From Podarcis filfolensis (Eukaryota), in assembly GCA_964270895.1 (NCBI GenBank), contig OZ185442.1: a stretch of 64,000 nt of DNA; one strand, written 5' to 3'. The notes beneath the pieces were generated by a model. That model was not told the origin of the DNA and ran no database searches. It saw nothing but the letters and a program-made list of their open reading frames with translations. The position numbers and the translations under genes were made by a program. Below are positions 14,673-27,720 of the stretch, in pieces (the first letter of the stretch is position 1; the number at the start of each line of letters is the position of its first letter).

Positions 14673-15170
14673 AAGGGACAGGGAACCCGTGGCTGTCCCT
14701 TAAGCAACAGCCAATATGGCAAACAATCAGGGATTATGGGAGTCATAGCCAGCAACTGGGGGTTGCGGGGTTGGCACAGGCTTCCCATTCCGGAGGGATG
14801 TGGGTGGCGCTGTGGGTTAAACCTCAGCACCTAGGACTTGCTGATCGAAAGGTCGGCGGTTCGAATCCCCACGATGGGGTGAGCTCCCGTTGCTCGGTCC
14901 CAGCTCCTGCCCACCTAACAGTTCGAAAGCACCTCAAAGTGCGAGTAGATAAATAGGGACCCCTCTCCAGCGGGAAGGTAAACGGTGTTTCCGTGTGCTG
15001 CGCTGGTGCTGGCTCGCCAGCTGCGGCTTAGTCACGCTGGCCACGTGACCCAGAAGCTGTCTTCGGACAAGCGCCGGCTCCCGGCCTCTTGAGCAAGATG
15101 AGCGTGCAACCCCAGAGTCGGTCACGACTGGACCTGTTGGTCAGGGGTACCTTTACCTTTCCCATTCCAG
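14673..15170. mobile_element. Decayed short hAT-type MITE interrupted in its right TIR by a Sauria SINE
   Basis: Left end agggacagggaacccgtggc, right end ggcacaggcttcccattcc[SINE]ag, internal gggattatgggagt. Same family as 23969-24068 and 26970-27109. Confidence 0.6.
14792..15158 (+). mobile_element. Sauria SINE (Squam1), full length
   Basis: A box tggcgctgtgg, B box ggttcgaatcc, BovB-like 3' segment agagtcggtcacgact, (ACCTTT)n tail. 10-bp TSD ttcccattcc at 14782-14791 and 15159-15168. Confidence 0.93.
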
Positions 15171-17908
15171 AAATGTCTGTTTACTATGTTGTGTTTGAAC
15201 CACCAAGCTACACAAATAGTTACTGCTAACTCCACAGTGCAGATTGTGCTGCCCATGTATTATGACAACATAATAAGGGCAGAAATAAAAATAAGTTCCT
15301 CCCCTCTCCAAGACCATTCCCCCAACTCCAGTTGTGAGCTATACAACACACAACCAAGGTTTGGGAGGGGAGAGCTCTTGCCAGGACATGACCTTAGGAA
15401 AAAATATAGGGAAATGATAGCTCAGTCCCTCCTGTGAAATTCACCCTGACTCCAATCTCAAATGTTTGCTACTCAAGAATGTACGCTGAAATTTCCCATG
15501 CGCAAAAGACACCACAAACAGAACCAAAGCTAGGAATAAATCCCACAAAATTCAGCTGAAAGGACAGTCCTCAAGAGAGCCTAAGAGCAGCAAATTCTTA
15601 TGTAACATACTTCTAGTTATAAGATCAGCTTCTGTTCATCCGCGAAGTGTAAGAAGAGATGCCACTTGAAACCACCTACATGCACAGCTTTTTTGTTCCT
15701 TTATGCATTGGGCCTATTAGATGGCAACATCTTGTGTTATTAGACAGTTGCTAAGAAAAGTGTGAAAGCAGTTGCTGGCAGAATTATAGCAGACTTGTCA
15801 GTGGCTTTTAAATCAAGGGCAGTTAAACACTAGAGAACTTGAGTATTAAAACCGCACGTATGATATTGCTTCCACTGAAACTCAAGGATTATTCATCATT
15901 CTGTTAAAACAGGCATAAGACATTCTGCAAAGCTACTTGACCGTTGCAAGACAGTTATACTGACCCAATGCCTTTGGTGAAATGCTGGCAGCACTGGTGC
16001 GCTGCTTACAGTTACAGCTGTAAAATGAATGCCGTATAAATCAAAATATACTCATAAACCCCACAGAAGGCTGGCCAGAGAAATGCTGGTCTCACTCACA
16101 TGCATGATGTTTATTAACTGCATATGCAAGATAGATCATTATATATTAAAAGCCAGTTATCAGCATCATCTGAATAGCAGTGCTGTTGTTGTTGAGTTTG
16201 ATTGGTGAGTTTTTACATGGACTTTGGGCTATAGGAGTGTTTTGTTACTGTTGTTTTTAAAGAGGAAACTTAGATCTTTCACACGTGGCCAGGGATAGGA
16301 TGGCGACTATAAGGTACAGTCTTTATTCATAAAGCAAATAACTCGTTCATGTAATCCCTTGCTCATTTTAATATATGAGCTACTCCAAATCCCATTGATC
16401 CTTCATTTCCTTCTTACTGTTCCCTCATTGTAGCTGGCCTCTGAAAACACTTTCCCACATCTTCATGGCTTTTAAAAGCCAATTCTTATGCTCTGCTCCC
16501 TTTTCTCTCTGATATCATTTGGAGCCAGCTTTAATGGAGACTTCTATATAGTCCACACTAGACTGAGAGGATTCCAATGTTAGGTCCATACTAGAGTAAC
16601 AGAGGTCAACACAAAACAGGGCTAACTGTGTAGATGGGATTGTTTAATTTTAAAAGCAAAGTCGCATATAATTTTTTTTGTGGTCCTGGGGCTTCAGTAG
16701 AGGCTTTCCTAACGGATCATGCCCTGCAATATGCATGTTTGTGCATGATTTTTACAGGCACCAACTGGCTCCTAAGTTACATTCTTTTCCTCACTAATAG
16801 CCCAACTATCCATTATAAGCTTCTCAGATTTGGCACTGGGCTGTCCAATCACCCTATGTGTGTTGCTATCTCCATCCAAGGAAGTCTCTCTGCATTCTTC
16901 CCACACTGTTTCATTGTGCACACTAACTGCTGCCAGAAATGAATACATTATGGCTGAAACAAAGCCACCGCCACCATGTGCTGAAAAATGAATTGGACAA
17001 ACTCTTGGCAACACGTTGAAAAGAACAATCTTGTTGTGACAATGGTATCAGCTACATGTTCTGTTAAATATAGTCTTCTTTCCTCAAGATGAGTGAAAAG
17101 AATGTTGGTTCCTAATAATTTATGTGAAGTTCATCTTCCAACTGGGGGGGTTTCTTCTTTTGCATTTGTGCCTCACAATAATGCTTCCACTCCTTGTTTG
17201 CCAGGGGTACCTGAAGAGTGTGCTCTCTTTCACTCTCTTACTTCTCTGATGTTAACGCATTGTTATTTGGAAGATCACAGGAGACACTGCCTAGCCTTCC
17301 CCGAGCCTGCCTGCTTGCCTGAGGGGAGTCAGTGTGTGCGGCAGCTGGCCACGGAGGGCAAGGGCCGAGAAGGGAGCCCAGCAGAACTGGTGCCAGGATG
17401 GGAGAGTGTACATGCAATGGAGCAGTGAAGTCATAGAGAAAGCACCTCCCACCCGCTCCATTGGTTGATAAAAGCAGCCCCGAACGAGAGGCGGCCAATC
17501 TATTTATTTTGCGCTGATCCACGTAAATGCAGCCGTGCATGAGTGGGATGCACATAAGTGGGCAGGCGCCTGTACTCAGGAGAGTGGAAAATACTTTTAC
17601 ACATGAATGAAGAAGGAACTCTAAGGATTGATTCATGCATACACCTCTGGAATAGTTTGCGCTTTTGTAACATTTGAAACTGCAGCTGTGCAGATATGGT
17701 GGGCAGCATGGCTACTTCTTTGGAGATTTGCAGCACTGGTGGAAAAATGAATCATTTGCTCTCCAATTCTTGACATTAATACTGCAGCATGGGATTCCAG
17801 TCTCACAGAAATGACAGCCATTCTGCAGAGATACACAGGAGCCAGACCTGTCCCATATGAGTATTTGAGAATATAAAACTATATTATGGTTAACTGTAAT
17901 TAAAGATT

Positions 17909-18031
17909 CAGGTAGGTAGCCGTGTTGGTCTGAAGAAGTTGAAATAAATTAAAAAAATAAAAAATTGTCCAGTAGCACCTTAGAGACCAATTAAGTTTGT
18001 TCTGGGTATAAGCTTTTGTGTGCATGCATAC
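17909..18031. mobile_element. Penelope-like (Neptune-type) pseudo-LTR fragment
   Basis: caggtaggtagccgtgttggtc...ccagtagcaccttagagaccaa...agcttttgtgtgcatgcatac. Homologous to 63656-63765. Family assignment from recalled reptile PLE terminal sequence. Confidence 0.8.
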
Positions 18032-21000
18032 AAAGGGTCCCTTGGTAAGGAAGAAGCCATCAAACTTGTGTGTAGCTTTACATTGGTGGGTTTTTGTAAC
18101 TGCAACTGTACTCGGGGATTAACCAGCCCACACCGCTTATTCTAACAATATCCATGAGTTTGAATGCATTGCATTACTAATAGGTGCTGAGTTTAGCTAT
18201 TGAGAGCAGAGCCTTTAAATTTCCGCAAAGAGATAGATGCATGCATCAATATATTTCAGTAACACAATATTAAGCACTCTGTTCTCCATTGTCCCATGAC
18301 TTTATCATAATCTAAAGTATAATATATCTTCTCAAGGTTTAAGAGGAGAATGCCAAAGGCTCTTAAGCCACACACGCTCATGCAACAGATGAAAGCCTGT
18401 TACAAACCCTGCTCACGTTCACCATTTATCAAACGGCAAACTCTTGGAAAGCTGCCAAAGCATACCTAAAAATCGCTCAGGCTACCTAAACAGCCACATG
18501 CAGTGAATATTTTAACATAGCTGTCAAGGCATGTCCACACGTTTTCAACAGTCTCAGGAACGAGGAGCTGGAAGGGGCAGGATGGACGCACACACACGCG
18601 CACACACAAACATAAAGTGCCATTAACTGCTTTTTTTTTCCTTACTCCAAACTGCCCTGGTTAATCTTTGTACTGAAAGGCAGTACAGACATCTAACAAA
18701 TAATATAAATGAATAAAAATGTTTCCCCTTCTTTTTGAGAAAGTCAGTGCCCTTCCAAATGGCCAGGAATTTGTGGGGTCGGTGGGTATCATTTACATTT
18801 GAAAACAAGAAACTGCTTTAAGCTGAGATTAAACCTCATTCTTATAACTAACTTATAACGCCCAGGGCATAACATGTCAAGAAAAATCTTATTTCAATGT
18901 ATCACCCTACAGCTTCCGGGGGAGGGGAGGAGAGAGACCCCACGTCACAGGTGTAGTATCTCTTCCACTGCCTTGGATGCTGCATTTCACCACTGAGTAA
19001 TTTCTGTGCATTACAGAAAGATGCAGTTCAGCAGCAGAAGCCCAGAACTAAGAACCAGAAAAATGGGTATTTCAGCCTTTCAAAACTGCTCCTTTTATAA
19101 TCTGCAAAATGAGAGATTTCAAATGGGGCTGAAATAGTTTAAGACGGGGGTTCAAAACTGTTGCCCCTGCACTGACCCTGTGCTAGTGAGTGAAGCAGCG
19201 GGGATAAGGTGTTGAGAATATGAGACAGCACTAAATGAAGGACGTACCACCTGCCTTCTGGAATGTCATAATCATTTGGCTGCTTCTCTGCTTCTCTCTG
19301 GCATTCAAATCAGAGGCAGCTTTTGCCTCACTTGGGGATTGCAAGAAAATGTCAATATTTTCAAATGCTCAGCGCCATATCAGCCTGCACGGATTTCATA
19401 GCCAACAGAAAGCAGACTCGCTCCACTTCCCTATTCAAAGGAGAGAGAGCCCACACAATGCACAATAAGCAGCAGTGAGCCTTGTCTATTTGTCAAGCTC
19501 ACTCTGTCCTGGGCCTCTTTTGGATGGGCTTTCCTTTTCAAGTCAACCTACATTTGATGTGCAGTTGTTGTTTTTTTTGTGACTTCTCAGGGATGCTTCT
19601 TGGAACTGATCAACCTCAGAGCCCTCTCACTTACACCCTTTTATGGCTTAAAAGATATTTTCCATTTGTCTGGGTGGGGACAGGGTTTTTCATAAGGGAT
19701 CAATTCCCTCCGCTACCTAGCCACTCCAAGATTCCTGTTTTTGTTCTGGCATCCAACAAAGGAACACTTTTATTAGGAGAAAAGTGACACAGTGTGCTGT
19801 CTGTAAAATTAAGTATATTTTCCCTGATGTGACAAGCTACCAAAGGAGGTAAAAAAAATTTGGGGGGAAGCCCCTGCCCCAAAGCCAACAAAAATGGAAT
19901 ATATTGACTGAAATGTAAAAATCACTGACCATTCCCACTCGTCCTAAAAATTTTCCCCTCTATGCTTCCAAGGAATTATTTAATGGGAAAGATTGTTTTA
20001 AAAGAGTTATGAAAAATGTTTTTTTAATAGTGCAAGGACACAAGGTTAAGGATGCCAGTGCTGTTGTTGGAAGGCTGCTCAAAATGATCTGAACGCAAAG
20101 AATAAGAAGTCTCTCTTGGAAGAGCTGACCAGATTTCTGCAGAATTATGCTTGTTTTAAAACAAGAGGTAATTCCCTTTGTATTTCCCCTTCTTCAAAGA
20201 GAGATGGCTGTAGGAGTTGTTGCAAAATTGAGATAGGCGGACAGTGATCACCCATGCTTGTAGAGATCAGGCAGATTTCACACAGTTCAGTTTTCACCAA
20301 CTAGATAAGGAACAGACAGCCAACCCTTTTGGCAAACTTGCCACAAATCAAGTCTAAACTATAAGATAGCACTCACTGTAGCACACACTGAAATACAGAT
20401 GCAGCACCAACTGCACTGATGTGGTCTTTCCAAGTGTATTGAATTGGGGAGAAGTCAAAAGTAGAGGGCAGAAGGGGCAGGAGCGGAGTCTCAAATATGC
20501 CAGAACTGCTGAGCTATGCTGCTGTTCAGGAATGCAACAAACTCCTGCCTGTGATACTTCTGCACTAAAGTATTCATTTCTACAACATTCAGTCAATATG
20601 TTATAACTAGTTCACGTGGATACATTTCAACATTTGGTGGGTGCAACATTCAGTGATGATGACTTGCTTTCACCTCTAACACCACAGATAAAGCTTCAAG
20701 TACAAGTCCGTCATCCAATGTAAAATAACATGGGCATGCATGTGAGAACTGTCCCTTTGAAAGAAACATTTCCAGACTTTCATGGGCTGCTACTAGACTT
20801 TTTTTAAAAGTACAGAAACATTACTCCAAATCTTTAGTGGGCTAATCATAAATAAAAAATAAAAATCAGCACTGACTTAAGCATGCACATGTTTGGACCA
20901 CAGCAACCTAACCCTGAACACAAAGGCTTGGAAAAGGCTTAGAAATGAAGCCTTAATTCATACAAAAATGCTTCAGCCTTCAGCTGCTGACTTTCTTAGA

Positions 21001-22858
21001 ATTACTAAGAACTAGTCATATATTCCAGATCCTCAGCTAGAACTTTACAAACACAATTTACTTTAATGCAAGGTAATCCAATTCATGGTGACATTTCAGG
21101 GTTTTTTTTAAATTTATGGGCAAAGATTAGGAGGATTCAGAATCCCCCTCCCAAAAGCATACCAGTAAAAACAAATTATACTCCATTCATTGCTGCAGCA
21201 GTCATTCCATTCTTTGATCCAAAAGGTAAAGCTTATGCAATTTATTCTGATGAACAAAAAGCACCAGTACTGTATATTGGAATGCAAATGATTTTTTTTT
21301 CCTTCTAGGGAAAAGTTATGTTTTTAAAAAAGTCTTCTCAGCTAGAGAAATGTTTTGTAATCTGATGATCATTTTTTTTAAAAAAGGGAGTTATTGTTCA
21401 AATCAAGTTAGGGGCATTCTAAACGAATGGGTATGACATTTATATCCGGCATTGAACTGAAAGTTTAGGGCTAACATATTAGACAGCCCTGAGTAACTAC
21501 ACCCTTGCTGACTGTTTGGTCTAAATGACCGGATGTTTTCCTTGGAACTGAAACAGGTGGGGATTTTGGACTCAACAAGATTAATTTGAAAGCACAAAAT
21601 CTGAGCAATCATTTTGGCCCTAAACTGGAGCACTCTGACCCAAATTATCATTCGCCTGGCCAGCTTATTGCCATCTAAATCATAGAAGCTTTACCAGAGT
21701 CAACAGCATTCTTTAAATATTTATAACTTATTCTTACTAAGTATAATTTATTGTTACAGAGATGGAACTGTCTCTTCTCAAGTTCCATTGGAATGAATAA
21801 CAGTCACAAAAGTACTTTTTAATTATTGCATTTCAACGGGTTTTGAGCTGCAGCCATTTCCAGTGGCCAGACTCACGTTAACAGAAATAGTGCGCTCACA
21901 TTTACTTCATCTCATGTTCCCCCAGTGAAACTGCACTGCAGTGCAGGAAAGCAAGGCAATTCCCTCCCCCCCCCCTTTTCTGACACGTGTTTTCACAACA
22001 CACATGCCACGATTCCAGCCTATAGCGAGTCCAGAAGGGTCTTGAGGGATGTGGGGTCAAAAAGAGGGAACTTAAGGGGAAGTCAGCTAGCCTTTCTAAG
22101 TCTTTCTAAGGAAAGGTCAGAGAAAGTCTGACTACTTTAGAAGTCTCCAGGTTTAACTAGTCTCAAGCAGACATTACTCCTACTCTTTCCTGGGCCAAAT
22201 AATCTTCTATATCCACCTAATCTGGCAAGAGCTGATTTTGATAAGGCAGTTAAAAAAACACATTCAAGATAAATAGTTTATGGCACAAAAACATTTGGTG
22301 GCGACCTCAGTCTTTCTGTAACTTGGGAGGCAATATTCAGACCAAGTACAGCATTTGCTTTGCAAAAGGCTATTCTCAGCGTTTAAATGAGAGGGAAAGA
22401 GAAAATATTCAAAATAAACGGATTGAGAGCTGCTAATCCAAGACAAATATGATTATTAGAAGAAAGTTCCTGCAGAGCTTTCTTCAGCCACCTTAATTGT
22501 TCCATACGGTAGAAACAACCTCTCATGTTGACAAGACAGCTGGACTTCAACCCTGAATCCCAGCAGGCCACCTACTTTAGGTACATTTAAAAATGGCTTC
22601 TAATGTGAACACCCAGAGATCACTAATAAAATACATTGCAGAACCAGCTTATTTGCAAAGTAAAAATATTTGCACAACTTTTGTGCTGCAACTCTGACCT
22701 GAAAAAATATTTTTATAGTGAAAATGTTTGAATTTCCATGGGCCTAATTGCTACTAAAGCCTTCAAAGCAGGGGTTACTGCAGGCCTCTGTTGCAAACAG
22801 GCTACCAGTTCCCAAAGGAGTTCCCAAGCAATGAATAATAAGGGGAATAATAAGTAAA

Positions 22859-22902
<44 letters not shown>
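22859..22902. repeat. (ATT)n microsatellite, about 14 units
   Basis: Read directly. Confidence 0.95.
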
Positions 22903-22904
<2 letters not shown>

Positions 22905-23019
22905 TTTAAATTGCATACATTTCCCTTCTTAATCTTTTCATGGTTGCATGAAAACAAGCAGAGATAGAGAAGGCAAAATCACGCTTTCTAATTAAGGTTT
23001 TTAATTAAGGCCCCAGTTT

Positions 23020-23172
23020 GCATCTTACCCTCAGCAAGCCACTTTCTCTCAGCTTTCCGTCTGCAGTATGGGGATAATGCTGGCTTTCCTTACAGTAACA
23101 GGAATATTGTTAAGACTTACAACCAGACAATGGAAGGTCAAAAACACTCAAAAGGCACTATACAAAATAACT
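23020..23172 (+). mobile_element. Old MIR/Ther1-like CORE-SINE fragment
   Basis: gcaagccactttctctcagc...ctgcagtatggggataatgctgg...cactcaaaaggcactatacaaa resembles the CORE and 3' domain. Confidence 0.55.
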
Positions 23173-23968
23173 GGTTTAGAAATAAATGAATTACTGAATA
23201 GAGTTGCTGTTATTCATTCATCTAATGAGGAGTAAAAAATAGTCTCCAGGGAAGCAGTCACAGATGTTTTTGCAGAAGTGTATTTTTTCCAGGCTGCAGA
23301 TCATATGTACTGGAATACCTTGGACAAACTGATTAGTAAAAAAAAGGAAAAAGTATGTACCTACCTACATAATTTTATTTGTATGCTGCCTTTCCACAGT
23401 TCAAACCATGCTAAGGGCAGCTTACAACATGAGAAAATACATAACTGCAACGTATCAAAAGTCATCATAAACAATAAATAAAATATTAAGATATACACAA
23501 CCAACTTGAAACTTTTCCACATAAATCACAAGATCTAAAATAAAGATATTAAAAAACCCCAGCAATAACCCCTGCCCCAACAAAACACCCCAAACACCCC
23601 AGTCCAAGCATCTGTTCAGCAGCTGCAGCTTTTGTAGCTGGAGTCAGTCAAGACGCCGCCCTCCCAGGCCAGGTGGGAAAAGGCCTGCAAGGCAGGGAGA
23701 AGGTCTTCTAGGTCTTACAGTCAATATGGTCTCTCTTATATGCAAGGCTGCTGTGATTCTGTCATTATCTCAGTTATGTGGTTTTGCTATCACCACTGAG
23801 TTCATATAGAAAAGTGCACAGAAACTAAACAAAAAGATATAGACTTTTTCCCACCTTCAAGATTTTACCCATTCAGCCCCGCTGTACTCTTCCATGCACA
23901 GATCTTCTTCCTTCATTGAAATAAACTAGGAACACAGCATGCACATGGATGGACACAAGGCTCTAGGT

Positions 23969-24068
23969 CAGGGAAGGAGAACCATTGGCCCTCCAGATAT
24001 TGATGGACTACAGCACCATCACGCCTGACCACTGGCCATGCTGGAGGGCCACAGGTTCCACATCCCTC
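23969..24068. mobile_element. Short hAT (Charlie-like) MITE with internal deletion
   Basis: TIRs cagggaaggagaacc / ggttccacatccctc. Degenerate 8-bp TSD ctctaggt / ctgtaggg. Confidence 0.7.
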
Positions 24069-24152
24069 CTGTAGGGCCAGTGGAAATAGTGGTTTATGGG
24101 GATTTTTGTTATCTCTGTCCAAAAGGGCCTTTGGCTGGTGAACCAGCCATAG

Positions 24153-24335
24153 CTAGAAATAAGCACTCCTAGTCACAGAGGCTACTTGAGGCTTCAGTGA
24201 CAAAGCTGGATCCAATAGAACTCCCAAGCTACGCACCTGCTCCTTGCATGAGAGTGCAACCCTGTTCAGAGCAGATTTCTCCCCATCCCTCAAACCCATA
24301 ACACATCCATCTTGTTCTAATCTGCTGCCCAACAA
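24153..24335 (-). mobile_element. L2 LINE reverse-transcriptase fragment
   Basis: Translates ...VALSCKEQVRSLGVLLDPALSLKPQVASVTRSAYF, a typical late-RT motif of squamate L2. A probable 3' tail of the same copy lies at about 23370-23720 (weaker). Confidence 0.8.
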
Positions 24336-26969
24336 CCAGCCCAACGTTGCCTCCAAGCACTGATCTAGAATGTCCTCATATTAGTGACAACTGACTCTAA
24401 ATCTCCGGTTGACGTCCTCCAAAAGTTTTATATAGGTGTTAAACAACAGCAGAGGGGGGTAAGGAGGGTGATGGATCCCTGCAGAATATCACTGGGTAAC
24501 TCCCTGGCTCTGAGTAACAGCCTCCCTTTGCTGTGCTCTGAAAGCAACAAAGACAGCTACAGTGCCATGAGCAGCCCTCAAGCATGTCTCAGTTTACTGT
24601 TGAGCATCCCACATTTTATACGGAACTTAGGTGGGCGTTCTGCAGTCTCATTTTATGCAACCCCCCTCCCCGTTCCTCCTGAAGCTGCCCCATTGCTCCA
24701 TCCTTCTTTTCTATTTATGCACTCTTTATTTTTCAGACTTTCCCTTTCCTTCTATATAATTTCAGACCTGAAGAAACAGTATTTTGTACAATAAAAGTAA
24801 ACTGATTTTTCAGAACTTTTTCTGGTTTTATGGCTTGGAGGAAAGACGCTCTCAGTGCCCCAGCTGCTACCCCATTGGTGTGTGTTTGTACACAGAGAGA
24901 ATGTGAACCCTGAAATCAAAATTACTTTACTTGCTTTCCAGAACAGTAGCTGTATTGGTGTGTGCTTTAAAATATAATTATTCTGTATGCTAATTTGAAA
25001 GCAATTCATCAGACCTGGGGGGGGGGGGGATTACTTTCTAAGTAGACTCGGGAATTCTAATCTAAGTTAGCTATGGTGAAAAATTAAGCACCGCAATCAT
25101 TAGTCATAATTGGTTAATCCAGAAGAGTTTTGACCCTGGCTCTGCCCAAATTACCCCTGAGCGAATGTGGCTCTCAACAGAAAAAAAGCAACCAAACCAT
25201 GCCCCCCCCTGTTTTATAATACACATTGACTGTCTGTGTTCATCTCAACTCTTCATGGTATACAAGCCACTTAAGCCCAATCCTTGAAATTCAGTTGTTG
25301 GGACTAAACTAGCTTAAGTATAAGCACAAGCGTTTAGGCAGTCTGTGAATTACAGAATGTGTGGCTTTGTGCCATTCCTGTGTAGATCTTCTGGACTGTG
25401 TGACTAACCTTTCTATAACCTTTGGCACTCCACAATGATAAATCAAAGGCCACTTGACAGTCATAAGGCTGTTCAAGCTGGGCATTTAAAAATCAAACCT
25501 GCAGCTTGCTAAAAGCCAACTTTTCAAATACATAAAAAAATAAGCTGTTTCTTTTCCCCATTTTCTTCCCTGTCTTTGTTTATTCAGGAGTTCAGTAAAC
25601 CCAGCTGGATCACAGACTGTCATCAAAGAAGCATTCTAAGGCCAGCATGTATTTGATGCCAATTGTCTAAAAATAAATGAAGACTTTGCCACTGGAGAAT
25701 AATTGTTTAGGACCTTTGCAATGGATAGTAGCTTTTTAAAAATAAAATTAAAAAATATGGAGAAAGAAGATGCTCTGATTAAAGACCACACAAATGCTTT
25801 AAAGCAACAGTTCATTTTGCTCAAAAATAACAATGCAAGCAATTGTGTAGGTAGATTCCAAAAAAACTCCATGCACATCCAGTATCTAACATTAACACAT
25901 TTGAGTGCAATTTAAGAATTGTAGGTTCAATTAGTCAGGTCAAAGGTTCTAATGTAGATGTGGAAACAAAGCAGCTATTGACAACAAAATGGACCAGTTT
26001 CTTTTTGCTACTCCCAGCAGGTCCCAATGGTGACAACATACAACCTTCACTCATTTCAAGAACAGATGATCATCACACCACAGTATTGGGAGGAGGGGGA
26101 AAACAGGAAATGGGACTTTTTGCTACTGTCACACCATTGGCTACACAAAGTCAACAATAGTAACAACAATATGGTAGAGGTTCACACAGCTGCCCTGATC
26201 CACAGCCCTGTGAACACTCTGATGCGCACATGGAACTTCTGTGCACATGAGTAGGTTCCATTCAAAAAATGCTGCCACTAAAGGTGGCGTTTCATTGGTT
26301 GGCTGCTGCTGCTGCCGCTGCTGCTGCTGGTGTATTATTACTGGAATAATCACTGGTTGGCTTTGGATACTGTGGTTCAAATGCTGTGCTAATTATATTA
26401 TATGTGGTTTGGTTATATTATATTTTTGTGTACTTGATACACTTATATCCAGCTCTTCTATTGAAAGTGGTTACATTGAGCTCCCAGCGGTCAACCACTC
26501 ATGCACTAATCAGGCCCCACACCTCCTTAGTTTCACCTTGCTCTTCATTGGCTCATACAAGCTTTCAGGGATTTTTTGAGATGAAATAAATATAATGGAA
26601 GGGTAGCCCCCACACGCTCAGTTGCTCCCCCTAGCAAAATGATGGGTGAAATCCTAGTGAAGCAAGGGTCAGGGGGTCCCACATCAAATTGTTTGAACAA
26701 ACTATGGAGAGATAGATGTAGCTACAGATATAGCTATAGATATATACCGTAGTTACACACACAAAAACACACAGAATCTCACACACCAGGTCAACTCCTA
26801 CTGCTGGTGATGGAGCTACAGTTTCAGTGATAGCAGATTTGTAACTGGTTCACACATTTGGAGTATTGTTTGGAGGCTGCTTCTCGCTGTACTCAGATTC
26901 AGATGCCCAAGTACATGTCAAAGAAGTATCATGTGAACAATGAAGCATACACAAGTGTTTGATTTACGG

Positions 26970-27109
26970 CAGCGAAAGGGAGTCTGTGGCACTCCAGGTA
27001 TTTTAGCTGAACTGTAACTCCCAAAAGCCCTGACCATCGGCAACACTGTCTGGGGTGATGGGAACTGGAGTCCAACAGCATCTAGAGGGCCACATGTTCC
27101 CCATCACTG
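26970..27109. mobile_element. Short hAT (Charlie-like) MITE
   Basis: TIRs cagcgaaagggagtctgtggc / gccacatgttccccatcactg, internal inverted aactccca / tgggaact. Degenerate TSD atttacgg / agttacag. Confidence 0.72.
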
Positions 27110-27609
27110 AGTTACAGCTTTTCTAATCAACATGTTGCAATCAGAGGCTGAAAGTTTATCCCTTTCAGGACTTGCTGAAGCCAACTGTCTACTCTCAGAA
27201 ATAATTCTGGCCCTGTAGACATACTATTTTTGTATTCTCTTTTAACCTTTTGTACATTGTGACAGATAACCTCAAGAAAAGACCCACACTTCCCTCCGAA
27301 GTTTGCCAATAGAATCCCTCACGGAAACTCGTCCAAGTTGCAGAAGCCAAATGCAAGCCAAAACAGTTTTATTTTCTCAATGCAAAAACCCAGACAATAC
27401 AAGAGGGTGAGTTATGCACTAAAAGGACAAAAACAAAACAAACCTTCTAATGCATATTTGGAAACTAACTAAACCTTAGCGCTAGTTTTTGTACAAAGAA
27501 ATAGTAAGAACTCCAAGTTTGCAAATGTGAATCAGCTATCATTTTTTAAAGAATCATCTCACAAGCTAGTCATGGAAAATCTGGTAGAATGAGGAAAGGA
27601 CCACGACAC

Positions 27610-27720
27610 AGTGGGCAGAATACCAGCTTTGCATGCTGAAGGTTCCAGGTTCAGCCCATGGCATAGACAGTTAAAAAGGATCAAGCACCAAAAATGTAAA
27701 AGATGCTCTCATCTTTTGAA
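27610..27720 (+). mobile_element. Degenerate Squam2-like tRNA SINE fragment
   Basis: gctttgcatgctgaaggttccaggttcagcccatggcat...gttaaaaaggatca, homologous to the heads at 36930 and 61149. Confidence 0.55.

Noticed and set aside
17495-17525. ER-stress element (CCAAT...CCACG)
   Set aside because: The spacer is about 19 nt, whereas ERSE needs 9 nt.
21461-21627. Possible MITE bounded by gtttagggctaa / ttggccctaaac
   Set aside because: Short inverted match with no TSD and no recognisable interior.
26273-26289. CTCF-like gccactaaaggtggcg
   Set aside because: Spacing does not fit the CCACNAGRKGGC core, and it lies in low-complexity, probably LINE-tail sequence.
26710-26750. Short palindromic purine-pyrimidine run (gatgtagctacagatatagctatag)
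   Set aside because: Looks like a degenerate (GATA)/(TA) microsatellite with no further support.
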